DNA of 32,697 bases, taken from the NCBI RefSeq assembly GCF_001194135.2, contig NC_069008.1, forward strand, positions 1,830,672 through 1,863,368, in the 5' to 3' direction. Shown here piece after piece: positions 1 through 9,460 of this stretch; position 1 is the first letter of the stretch; each line of letters begins with the position of its first letter. The notes under the pieces are model-generated. The model saw nothing but the letters and a program-made list of their open reading frames with translations, was not told where the DNA came from and made no database searches. The DNA is from Octopus bimaculoides. Lineage: Eukaryota. The translations under genes and the position numbers were made by a program.

Positions 1-389
1 CTCACAGCGTTCACACACAAACAATTTTTCTCGTCTGGCCGTAAAGCCTTTTCTGTTTGTTTTCCTGTCTTGTTTTTTGTCCGCCACAACATTCCTCCAT
101 GGCAAGATTTAATTTGTGTATACAAATTTAATTTGCGGTTCATGGGAAGAGCTGTTTTAACGATGCGTCCTGCCTACCTCTTCGAAACGCCGGTGTTAAA
201 ACGTGGGTGGCTGATGAAGGAGAATGTTCTCTATGTGGCTTGTGTGTTTTCTCTGCAATGTCCTGTACCCAGATATGCACCTATACATACAGGTGGATGT
301 CGGTATGCACATACCTGTACGTATATATGCATATACTCATTTACTATTTGTTTATATATATATATTTCTATATATAATGTACTCATCTG

Positions 390-495
390 TGATAGAAAGG
401 TCAACAAAAAAGGTACTCCATCTGGTGAGTGATGAATATTATTTATTTAAAGGACACAATACATGTCTTTATGTGCTACTAATAGTTTCATATGT
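390..495 (-). mobile_element. Fragment of the hammerhead-bearing (Penelope-like terminal) repeat; only the 3' half of the ribozyme is retained
   Basis: The reverse complement aligns with 26891-27000, including GAAAC-UAUUA-GUA-GCAC. The CUGAUGA half is absent. Confidence 0.65.
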
Positions 496-759
496 CACGA
501 AAGTTGAAATATTATTGATTAGAGCAATAAACAATTTTGTCATCGTCTGCGGATATGCTATGCGAACACACACACATACACGTGTGCGAACATACACATT
601 TAAACAGACATACAAACACGCACACTCCCATGGTTCCGAGGTAGCTATGAGATGTTGCGCAATAACGTAACACCGAGTGCTCTGCTTCTTGAGGCAGAAA
701 CAGCTGCAAGCTAAGGAAAGTAATTAGTTAACTCCTGTTCTTTTGTCATTCATTAACAG

Positions 760-792
<33 letters not shown>

Positions 793-890
793 CATATGTA
801 TGTGTGTTTGTCTTTGTACACGTATATCTATATATACATGTGAATATAATTATATACCTACACACGCATGCGTGCAAGTATACATACCTC

Positions 891-921
<31 letters not shown>

Positions 922-944
922 AAAATGCACACACACACACAATG

Positions 945-1108
945 AGCTTCCGCTCAGTTTCTGTCCACTAGATTCCACTGCCAAAGTATTGGTCTTTGGA
1001 AGCCAGCACAAATTAGAAACAAACATCTGCCTGTAAAATGGTGCGTAGGAATCGAACCGCAAACCGCACGGTTTGCGAAACGACCGCCTTAACCACACAG
1101 ACATGCCT
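945..1108 (-). mobile_element. Old, diverged SINE family A-like 5' half
   Basis: The minus strand gives an A box TGTGTGGTTAAGG and B box GGTTCGATTCC, followed by a weak match to the family A body. Confidence 0.5.
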
Positions 1109-1174
1109 GCTGACCAGTAAAATCTACTTCGTCACCTGAGATAATGCGTGCCATATCTATCGTTATTTCATTTG

Positions 1175-1745
1175 GCGGTGGAGGTGATGGGGGCAGTTTA
1201 TATGGCGATGTTCATGAGTGTCGGGTGGTAAGGCAGTGGTGGTGATGTCATAGTGTGATAGTGGTGACGATGGAGGTGGTATGATTTAGGCAGATGTGGT
1301 GGCGGTGGTGATGGAGTGGTCGTATGACGATGTCGGTGGAGGGTATGAAGTCAGTGGATTAGGGGTGGAATGACAGTGGTGGTGGTTAGCGATGTTGTGA
1401 TTTTATGGAGATGTCGTTGGAGAATGTGGTGGCGGTGTGGTGACGTAATGGTGGTGTTGGTGGAGACGGTGGTGGCATTCTGGCTGCAAGACATCGGTGA
1501 GGGTATGGTGGTGGTGGTGGTGATGGTGATGATGGTTGTAGTTATGTGATGGTGATGGTGGTATTCCAATGGCGGTGGGAATAAAATAGCCTGGTCGGTG
1601 ATGGTAATGATGCTATTGTTGATGCTGATGGTGGTGGTGGTATTACTATGGTGGCGTTGGCGGTAGTTCGCATAAGGTAACGTTAATGTGTAGTAGTGTT
1701 GGTGGTGGTGGTGGTGGTGACGGTCATGTAATGTGGTGCGATGGT
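1175..1745. repeat. Degenerate (GGT/GAT)n trinucleotide tract
   Basis: Direct reading. Confidence 0.8.
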
Positions 1746-1751
1746 GTCGAA

Positions 1752-1994
1752 GACGAGAGGAGTGGGTGCTGTAAAGGGCTTTCCCTCAAAAGTTCCTGGC
1801 TTTAAGGGTATCGAGAAAAGCTTGGCTGGAGAGGCCCAACCTTTCGAGTTCTTTTACAGGGCTTAGAAAAACCGAAGGACCGCTGCAACAAGTGTGAATC
1901 TGAGGGGGGAATATGTTGATTAAAATCATAATTAACTGATCCTCCTGTATTTTCTTTTACTCACAGCTAGGAACTTTTCAGCACCACCCTCGTA
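1752..1994 (+). mobile_element. Mariner-derived MITE (family 2), copy 1
   Basis: Right TIR GGAACTTTTTCAGCACCACCCTCG+TA, with a degenerate left TIR AAAAGTTCCTGGCTTT. It retains GLEKPKDRCNKC-NLRGEYVD* (mariner transposase end, 2-nt deletion). Confidence 0.75.
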
Positions 1995-2205
1995 CGTGAC
2001 ACATATGCACATTCTCTCCCTCTCTCTCTCTCCCTCTCACTCTGCACGCGCGCGTGTGCGTACAACGCGGCTGTTTCAATTACGTAACGTGAATCATTAG
2101 AATTTTTAAGATAAGCTATCATCACTCACCAAACATATTTACGATAGGGCACAGAGTACGGACCAACAAAAGATAACATTTCACAGAAACATATCTACCT
2201 ATCAA

Positions 2206-2584
2206 TCTTTTATCCCTTACTTGTTTCCGTCATAAAACTGCGGCCATGCTGGGGCACTGCCTTGAATTTTTAGACGAATGATTTGACTCCAGTACTAATT
2301 TTTCAAACCTGGTACTTATTCTATCGGTCTCTCATACCGAACCGCTAAGTTACGAGGACAAGTGGTAGTAGGGGACAAACACAGACACAAAGACACACAC
2401 ACACACACATCACATCACATAGTCATATATACGACGGTCTTTCAATTTCCGCCTACCAAATCCACTCACAAGGCTTTGGCCGGACCGAGGCTACAGAAGA
2501 AGGCACTTTCGCAAGATGCCAAGCAGTGGGACTGAACCCGGAACCGTGTAGTTGGGAAGCAAGCTTCTTACCACACAGCCATGC
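2206..2584 (-). mobile_element. SINE family A, full length, diverged
   Basis: The reverse complement aligns with 7383-7783. Confidence 0.8.
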
Positions 2585-2685
2585 ATACGATTTTATTATA
2601 TGGGTTTATAAGAAGAACCAAGGAACATCAATTCGCTATCCAGTTAATGTTGGCTATGTCCAGGTCGATGTTTGAAACCTGACCT

Positions 2686-2793
2686 GTTTAAAATTTTATC
2701 TGATGACGGTGGATTTATATATTATAATGCACTCTTTTATGACTGTATTAAATAAACAAAATTCTATCGAAACAGCTGTCTGAAATTTTAAAT
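2686..2793 (+). ncRNA. Type I hammerhead ribozyme motif (Penelope/retrozyme style), near-complete
   Basis: Stem I is 2687-2698 paired with 2781-2792 (12 bp, one G-U). CUGAUGA is at 2700-2706. Stem II opens G2708-C2768 and continues as a long hairpin. GAAA is at 2769-2772, stem III is the palindrome ACAGCUGU (2772-2779), and the GUC cleavage triplet is at 2778-2780. There are single extra bases at U2699 and C2707. Confidence 0.75.
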
Positions 2794-3161
2794 GCCTATT
2801 ATGCTTACTTCTCTCNNNNNNNNNNNNNNNNNNNNNNNNNNNNNNNNNNNNNNNNNNNNNNNNNNNNNNNNNNNNNNNNNNNNNNNNNNNNNNNNNNNNN
2901 NNNNNNNNNNNNNNNNNNNNNNNNNNNNNNNNNNNNNNNNNNNNNNNNNNNNNNNNNNNNNNNNNNNNNNNNNNNNNNNNNNNNNNNNNNNNNNNNNNNN
3001 NNNNNNNNNNNNNNNNNNNNNNNNNNNNNNNNNNNNNNNNNNNNNNNNNNNNNNNNNNNNNNNNNNNNNNNNNNNNNNNNNNNNNNNNNNNNNNNNNNNN
3101 NNNNNNNNNNNNNNNNNNNNNNNNNNNNNNNNNNNNNNNNNNNNNNNNNNNNNNNNNNNNN

Positions 3162-3197
<36 letters not shown>

Positions 3198-3390
3198 TCC
3201 CCCTAGCATTGCTTGATAACCGATGCTGGTGTGTTTACGTTCCCGTCACTTAGCGGTTCGGCAAAAAAGACCGATAGAATAAGTACTAGGCTTACAAAGA
3301 ATAAGTCCCGGGGTCGATATGCTCGATTAAAGGCGGTGCCCCAGCATGGCCGCAGTCAAATGACTGAAACAAGTAAAAGAGTAAAAAGAG
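3162..3390 (+). mobile_element. SINE family A, 3' half (5' part in gap)
   Basis: Matches 7570-7783. Confidence 0.8.
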
Positions 3391-3560
3391 TGAAGAATAT
3401 AAAGGACTACTGAAGAGGTTGCAAAACGCAACGAATTTTAGAAAAAATTAATAAGTAAATGAATGGAAATAGAACCGGTGAATGTGTTAAGAAGGCACTA
3501 AAAGAGCATGGCAGTTCCTAAACACAATAGTATATATACATATCTATCTACCTATATATA

Positions 3561-4117
3561 CAGGGCTATTCAAAAAGAATGAACCGATTTCATTACGCAA
3601 TATTTTAATAAGGAAAAGCAATAGAAAACTCCAGCTAAGTCACAAGTGTTTACTCACAATCAACTTTTATTTCCTGTCTTACAAGTGTTCAATGTGGCCA
3701 CCACCTGCAGCACGTGCAACACCGCTGTGATAAGAGAACTCCTCCCAGGCGCATACCAGCATATCACGATCCACTGAGTTGATCGCTGTTGTAATTCGAT
3801 GTCTAAGGTCATCGAGGTTAGTGGGTGGCGGTAGAACATAGAGGCGATCTTTTACATATCCCCACAAGAAAAAAATCACACACGGTGAGGTCTGGGGATC
3901 TCGCATGCCAAGCACAAAGAACGTCTGGGAGGAATTCTCTTATCGCATTGATGTGATGTTGCCCATGCTTCAGGTGGTGGCCACTTTGAACACTTGTAAG
4001 ACAGGAAATAAAAGTTGATTGTGAGTAAACACTTGTGACTTAGCTGGAGTTTTCTATTGCTTTTCCTTATTAAAATATCGCGTAATGAAATCGGTTCATT
4101 CTTTTTGAATAACCCTG
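3561..4117. mobile_element. Tc1/mariner non-autonomous element with ~190-bp inverted arms, both derived from the transposase 3' end
   Basis: TA flanks, with ends CAGGGCTATTCAAAAAGAATG / CATTCTTTTTGAATAACCCTG. Arms 3561-3748 and 3925-4117 are near-identical inverted copies. The minus strand encodes FFLWGYVKDRLY...LDDLRHRITTAINSV...WEEFSY...GGGHIEHL*, a mariner-type transposase C-terminus. Confidence 0.9.
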
Positions 4118-4480
4118 TATATATATATAGGTAACAAGTACAATTGTCGCTAAAGTGATGGAGGGTACTAGCAAGAACCATCATTGCTAAAAATAAGAGT
4201 CAAAACAACTTTTAGCCACGTGAGAGCACTTTTCTAACAGCTGACAAGCGAGATGGAGTCATATCAGTGCTGATTTCAGATTTGATTAATCTTTATCAGT
4301 GAGTCATTAGTCCGTCACCGAGGGTTAATGAACCTGAGTCACCGTGTCAGACTTATATAGAAAACCATAGGAAATATCGACTAATTATGAATATGGTAAA
4401 GTGAGAATTAATTATAAATAATTAAGGTGGCGATTCGCCATTTAGAACCGATAGGCAACAAGTTCAGCCGTCACTTAAGT

Positions 4481-4715
4481 CAGGGGTTTTCAAACTTTTT
4501 GACTTGCGGACCCGACCCCTTTATATTTTAGGTTTTACCTTAGGGACCACGCTTATGAAATTTATACATAAATATTTGCTTAAAATAACATATATTTTTA
4601 CATTTATTGATTTAACAGTATTTAACAAATAGGTTTATTGTCAATTAAAAGATTTCGATTTAAAAAAAACATATATAAAATCAAATTGCCCATAAAAAGT
4701 ATTTGCTGCCCACGG
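4481..4715. mobile_element. hAT-like MITE, left part (runs into gap)
   Basis: Begins CAGGGGTTTTCAAACTTTTT, a hAT-type terminus, followed by GCGGACCC. The right end is hidden by Ns. Confidence 0.5.
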
Positions 4716-5549
4716 NNNNNNNNNNNNNNNNNNNNNNNNNNNNNNNNNNNNNNNNNNNNNNNNNNNNNNNNNNNNNNNNNNNNNNNNNNNNNNNNNNNNN
4801 NNNNNNNNNNNNNNNNNNNNNNNNNNNNNNNNNNNNNNNNNNNNNNNNNNNNNNNNNNNNNNNNNNNNNNNNNNNNNNNNNNNNNNNNNNNNNNNNNNNN
4901 NNNNNNNNNNNNNNNNNNNNNNNNNNNNNATAAAAGATGATTGCAGCTTCTCAGAAAAGAGTTATTTCTTCAATGGCTTCGTACGATCGTATGTGTACGT
5001 AGGTGGCTTTTCAACCCAATTTTTCGTCCCACAACTATGTTCGTAGATGCGTGACACCTACTTCTCATTTCAGTGCAAACGTACCGCGGTGCACGTGTCG
5101 ATTTCTGCCTGGCTCATGTTACTTTAAATGGTTGTCAAACCCATCTCTTGAGAGGAGAGAAGAAATCGTCCTGCACGTACTGCACTTCACTTCCTGTCGT
5201 GTTTCTTGCTGCCACTGTAAACTGGAGTCCCGCTCGCGGAGTGAGCGCTTCGAAGCAACATGCGACATTTGTTTTTGCTCAAAGACACCGCGACTCTACT
5301 TGAAGCCTTTTTATACATCTCAAGCTAAAAGCCGAACTCCGTGCAGACGTTTGATCTAGCTCTTGGCGAGGGCTAATTGGTCTGCGGCCCAAAACTAAAG
5401 AGAGCTGAACAGCATGCTTAAAGTACATCTATAATGACTATTATGCCTCGGTGGTGTTTGATCAGAATGGATGAGAATTAACTCTGTGATGCAATCACTG
5501 CATCGTTCCCGTCCCAATTTGAATTCCAACTTTTGGCCAGTTTGTCCCA

Positions 5550-5643
5550 AAGTTTCCGACTACCAAATCCACTCACAAAGTGAGTGGTTGGCACGAAGCA
5601 ATATGTGGTTGGGAAGCAAGCTTCTTACCACACAGCTACATGC
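5550..5643 (-). mobile_element. SINE family A fragments
   Basis: TACCAAATCCACTCACAA and GGGAAGCAAGCTTCTTACCACACAGC match family A, with an internal deletion. Confidence 0.6.
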
Positions 5644-6168
5644 TAGTTAGATTTGGTAGAAACGGCAGTCGAATCTCTCTCAAATCACACCCTGCTGTCT
5701 CATGTTTCTCTACGTACGTATGAGCCAGAGAAGGGGATGACCTCTACTTTAAAAGTGAAACGCAAACAAATTGATCGTTAATAATTAGGGCAGTCGGAAT
5801 TGCGTTAAATTCAGTTGTTTTATTTTTCATTGTGTTTGTGTGTGTGCGCGCGCACATGTGTGTATGTGTGTGTTAAATTAGTAAACTGAAATGTAATTAT
5901 TATTACAGTCTAACAACGTCTAATGCAGTTGATATGTGTGTGTATATATATATATATATATTTAATACATACACTCACACATACATACATATGAGCATTG
6001 ATATATACATGTACATATATATACTTAGAAGCATAAAAACAGAGACATGTATGTATATATGTATATGTGTGTGTGTTTATATATATATATATAAACACAC
6101 ACACATATACACATTTCTCCTGCACACGTACTCTTCTCAGTCAGTCTCTCGCTTTCTCTTTCTCTCAC

Positions 6169-6324
6169 CCCTCCACCTCATTAGCACGCATGTTAATCAA
6201 CTGGAGCTCGTTAATTACAGGTGTTAAACTTTCACCGTTCCTCCTTGGCAGAACTGATGATAACTGTTGCTCTTTTGCTCTTCTCCCAATGTTTGTCTTT
6301 AATCGTGTAAATCCCGACGTTAAT
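6169..6324 (-). CDS. Probable second coding exon (156 bp, phase 2-2) of the same gene: (R)LTSGFTRLKTNIGRRAKEQQLSSVLPRRNGESLTPVINELQLINMRANEVE(G)
   Basis: Unique, non-repeat, stop-free sequence bounded by acceptor ttttataatcgcag|A (AG at 6326-6325) and donor GG|GTGAGA (GT at 6168-6167). The acceptor phase matches the upstream exon donor, and the join reads ...SPLRKERR-LTSGF. Confidence 0.65.
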
Positions 6325-6529
6325 CTGCGATTATAAAACTCAGGTTTCAAAATGTGTGTGCGCGTGGTTGGTCGGTCGTAACTGTTTTTGTTCTTGTTAA
6401 TAATTAGTGGTGGTGGTGGTGTGTTGGTATGTTGTGGCGGTGATGGCGATGGTGATTTGCGGTGGTGATGGTGGATGGTAATTGTGGTGGTGGCGATGGT
6501 GATTCTAGTTGGCACTGTAACGGAATGGT

Positions 6530-6910
6530 GGTTGGCACTCCGTCGCTTACGACGTCGAGGGTTCCAGTTGATCCGATCAACGGAACAGCCTGCCCGTGAA
6601 ATTAACGTGCAAGTGGCTGAGCACTCCACAGACACGTGTACCCTTAACGTAGTTCTCGGGGATATTCCGCATGACACAGTGTGACAAGGCTGACTCCTTT
6701 GAATTACTGGCACAACAGAAACAGGAGGAAAAAGTGAGAGAAAGTTGTGGTGGAAGAGTACAGCAGGGTTCGCCACCCACCCTCTGCCGGAGCCTCGTGG
6801 AGCTTTAGGTGTTTTCGCTCAATAAACACTCACAACGCCCGGTCTGGGAATCGAAACCGCGATCCTATGACCGCGAGTCTGCTGCCTTAACCACTAGGCC
6901 ATTGCGCCTC
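6530..6910 (-). mobile_element. tRNA-derived SINE family D, full length, with 17-bp TSD
   Basis: tRNA-like head GAGGCGCAATGGCCTAGTGGTTAAGG...GGTTTCGATTCC. Perfect TSD CACTGTAACGGAATGGT at 6513-6529 and 6911-6927. Confidence 0.9.
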
Positions 6911-6937
6911 CACTGTAACGGAATGGTAGTGACGGGT

Positions 6938-7156
6938 AAGGCGGCGAACTGACAATCGTTAGCACGCCGAGCGAAATGCTTAGTGGTATTTCGTTTGCCG
7001 TTACGTTCCGGGTTCAAATTCCGCCGAGGTCGACTTTGCTTTTCATCCTTTCGGGGTCGATAAATTAAGTACCAGTTGCATACTAGGGTCGATCTAATCG
7101 ACTGGATCCCCCTCCCCCCAAAATTTCGGTCCTTGTGCCTAGAATAGAAAAAGAAT
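6938..7156 (+). mobile_element. tRNA-derived SINE family B
   Basis: AAGGCGGCGA...GTTAGCACGCC...GGTTCAAATTCCGCCGAGGTCGACTTTG...TTTCATCCTTTCGGGGTCGATAAATTAAGTACCAG; multiple copies in the window. Confidence 0.85.
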
Positions 7157-7382
7157 GGTAGTGCGGGTAGCTATACGACGGTGCTATTGGTATGATATAG
7201 CAGTGGTGGTGGTGGGGAAGAGAGGCGAGGAGGTATGATATGATGGTGCTGATGTTAGTGGTTGTGAAGGTGGTGGTGGTTTTGGTATAAAGCAGGGCTT
7301 CTCAACCAGTCCCACCCGGCCAGTATTTTATCAACCTCTGATTGAGCCGGCCAATGATCAACAGTAAAAAATGCACCACGGT

Positions 7383-7545
7383 AGTGGCTGTGTGGTAAGT
7401 AGCTTGCTTACCAACCACATGGTTCTGGGTTCAGTCCCACTGCGTGGTACCTTGGGCAAGTGTCTTCTACTATAGCCTTGGGCCGACCAAAGCCTTGTGA
7501 GTGGATTCGGTAGACGGAAACTGAAAGAAGCCTGTCGTACATATG

Positions 7546-7576
<31 letters not shown>

Positions 7577-7783
7577 GTGTGTCTGTGTTTGTCCCCCCAC
7601 CATCGCTTGACAACCGATGGTGGTGTGTTTACGTCCCCGTAACTTAGCGGTTCGGCAAAAGGGACCGATAGAATAAGTACAAGGCTTACAAAGAATAAGT
7701 CCTGGGGTCGATTTGTTCGACTAAAGGCGGTGCTCCAGCATGGCCACAGTCAAATGACTGAAACAAGTAAAAGAGTAAAAGAG
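7383..7783 (+). mobile_element. tRNA-derived SINE family A (CORE-like centre, internal microsatellite), full length
   Basis: A box TGGCTGTGTGG, B box GGTTCAGTCC, CCTTGGGCAAG CORE-like motif, internal (TA/TG)n and an AAAAGAGT tail. Many copies in the window. Confidence 0.85.
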
Positions 7784-7859
7784 AAATTGTTTTCAATACT
7801 ATTTGTAGTCACAAGTAGACAAGGGTATCCAATCGGAGCCTCCCATAGCTGATCCAGCA

Positions 7860-8280
7860 GAACACTGAATATGTAACGGTTGACTCAGAAGATCCCCACC
7901 CCTGGCTGGTACTCGTTCACAAGCGAGTACAACCTGGTGACAGGTACTCTTATTTTGTTAGGAGTTTTCGGTGCCTTTGTGATCAAGAGTGAACACAGAC
8001 AATCTCTCAGTACCTCCCAAGCTGAAACCTATGACACATCCAGGACAGCTGAATGAGGAGGGTTGAAGGCTGTTGTAAGACCCACTCAGCGGGTACTCAT
8101 TCACAAGCAAGTACAGCCTGGTGACAGGTACTCTTATTTTGTCAGGTGTTTTAGGTATCTAAGCAGTCATAAGACCTTCTCAGTCCTCCCACTCTTGGTC
8201 TTGTAGAACATCAAGAATGTAACAGCTGAACGTGAAAAGAGGCTGTCCTAAGACCCATCTAGCAGGTACTCATTTAGGTA
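7860..8280 (+). repeat. ~175-185-bp diverged tandem repeat, ~2.5 units
   Basis: GGTACTC(G/A)TTCACAAGC(G/A)AGTACA(A/G)CCTGGTGACAGGTACTCTTATTTTGT at 7908 and 8092, with a partial copy at 8265. Confidence 0.7.
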
Positions 8281-8289
8281 CTCATATAC

Positions 8290-8870
8290 ATAAGACAGTA
8301 ATGTAGGATTTGAAGCAGATTCAGCTGGTATTTCTACCAGGTCTTGTGATCATAGATAGGTCTCCCTCATTTGCCCATACATATCTATGACAGTAGGATG
8401 TGATTTGAGGGAAATTTGGCTGCTATTTTTACCAGCTCTAGCGACCATACAGAGATCTTTCGCATTGGCTCATATATACATATGACAATACGATGTTGAT
8501 TTGAGGGAGATTTGGTTGGTATATCTACCAGCTCTAGCGACCATACAAAGGCCTCACCCATTGGCTCATACATACATATGACAGTAGGATGTGATTTGAG
8601 GGAGAGTTGGCTGGTATTTCTAACAGTTGTAGCTACCATATAGAGAGGTTCAATTGGCTCATACATATATATATAAACATACATATGTTAGGGTATAATT
8701 TGAAGGAGAGTTGGCTGCTATTTCTACCATGTAGAACTAGCTTTGTTGATTCGAAAATACATACACACATGCGTTAGACAGCAGGCTGTGATTTGAGGGA
8801 GATTTGGCTGATATTTCAACCAGGTCGATCCACGCCCACCACATTGAGCTCTCCTTTGGCTTGGGATCAA
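8290..8870 (+). repeat. ~95-bp minisatellite, about 6 diverged units
   Basis: ATGACA(G/A)TA(G/C)GATG...GATTTGAGGGA(G/A)A(T/G)TTGG(C/T)TG recurs at 8387, 8482 and 8578 (period 95-96), with further diverged units on both sides. Confidence 0.8.
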
Positions 8871-9089
8871 TACAGCTCTCAAAAAAAAAAAAAAAAAAAA
8901 ATCCGATCAAGACCAATGAAATATAGGTCCCAGGTTATTAGTCAGGAAAAAAAAAATTGATCAATCAGGTCGATGAGAACAATCAATATATTTAATTTAA
9001 TTATCTGAAATCGAAATAAATTAAGGAAAGCAAATTTGATACACCCAATCACATGGAAAAAGTAGTGGGTGAATATTATGCGTGTGCAT

Positions 9090-9460
9090 GTATATGTGTG
9101 TGTGTGTGTGTGTCTGTGTGTAATACAACAGGATGCTGCACCCTGCTAGATGTACATTCATATGTATGTATGTATACGTGTATATGTATGTATGTATGTA
9201 TGTAAGCATACGTGCATGTATGTATGTATGTATGTAGGTAGGTGTGTATGTATGTTTGCATATGTATGTATGTATGTATACTTGTATGTGTTCTTATATA
9301 TGCATGCTTAATATATACATACATGCTTAATATACATGTATATCTGTGTCTGTATGTGTGTGCATTTATGCATTATTGCATATATGTTTGTGCGCCTTCA
9401 CGCATACATAATAGTATATGAATGTGTATGTAATGTATGTGCGTATGTATGTGTGCGTTG
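9090..9460. repeat. (TATG)n/(TG)n compound microsatellite
   Basis: Direct reading. Confidence 0.8.

Noticed and set aside
178-232. CGAAAC...CTGATGAAGGAG near the window start as a permuted hammerhead
   Set aside because: The cleavage triplet would be GUG (not cleavable), and no stem I can form.
3410-3436. CTGAAGAG-GTTGC/GCAAC-GAAT hammerhead-like relic
   Set aside because: Good stem II, but GAAT replaces GAAA and there is no stem III, NUH triplet or stem I; at best a dead relic.
4300-4345. Two TGAGTCA (AP-1-like) sites ~35 bp apart
   Set aside because: Short motifs with no independent support.
6325-6776. 5' part of the 203-aa ORF 6165-6776
   Set aside because: It runs through SINE D and a (CAC)n tract from a GTG start; only 6169-6324 is accepted as exon.
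6860-6910. tRNA genes at SINE heads (also 7383, 25325-25400, 28443, 29717)
   Set aside because: A and B boxes are present but there is no complete cloverleaf or acceptor stem; they continue into SINE bodies.
8290-8870. CRISPR-like appearance of periodic arrays (also 12090-12349, 32038-32350)
   Set aside because: Whole units are homologous with no unique spacers, there are no cas genes, and the context is eukaryotic.
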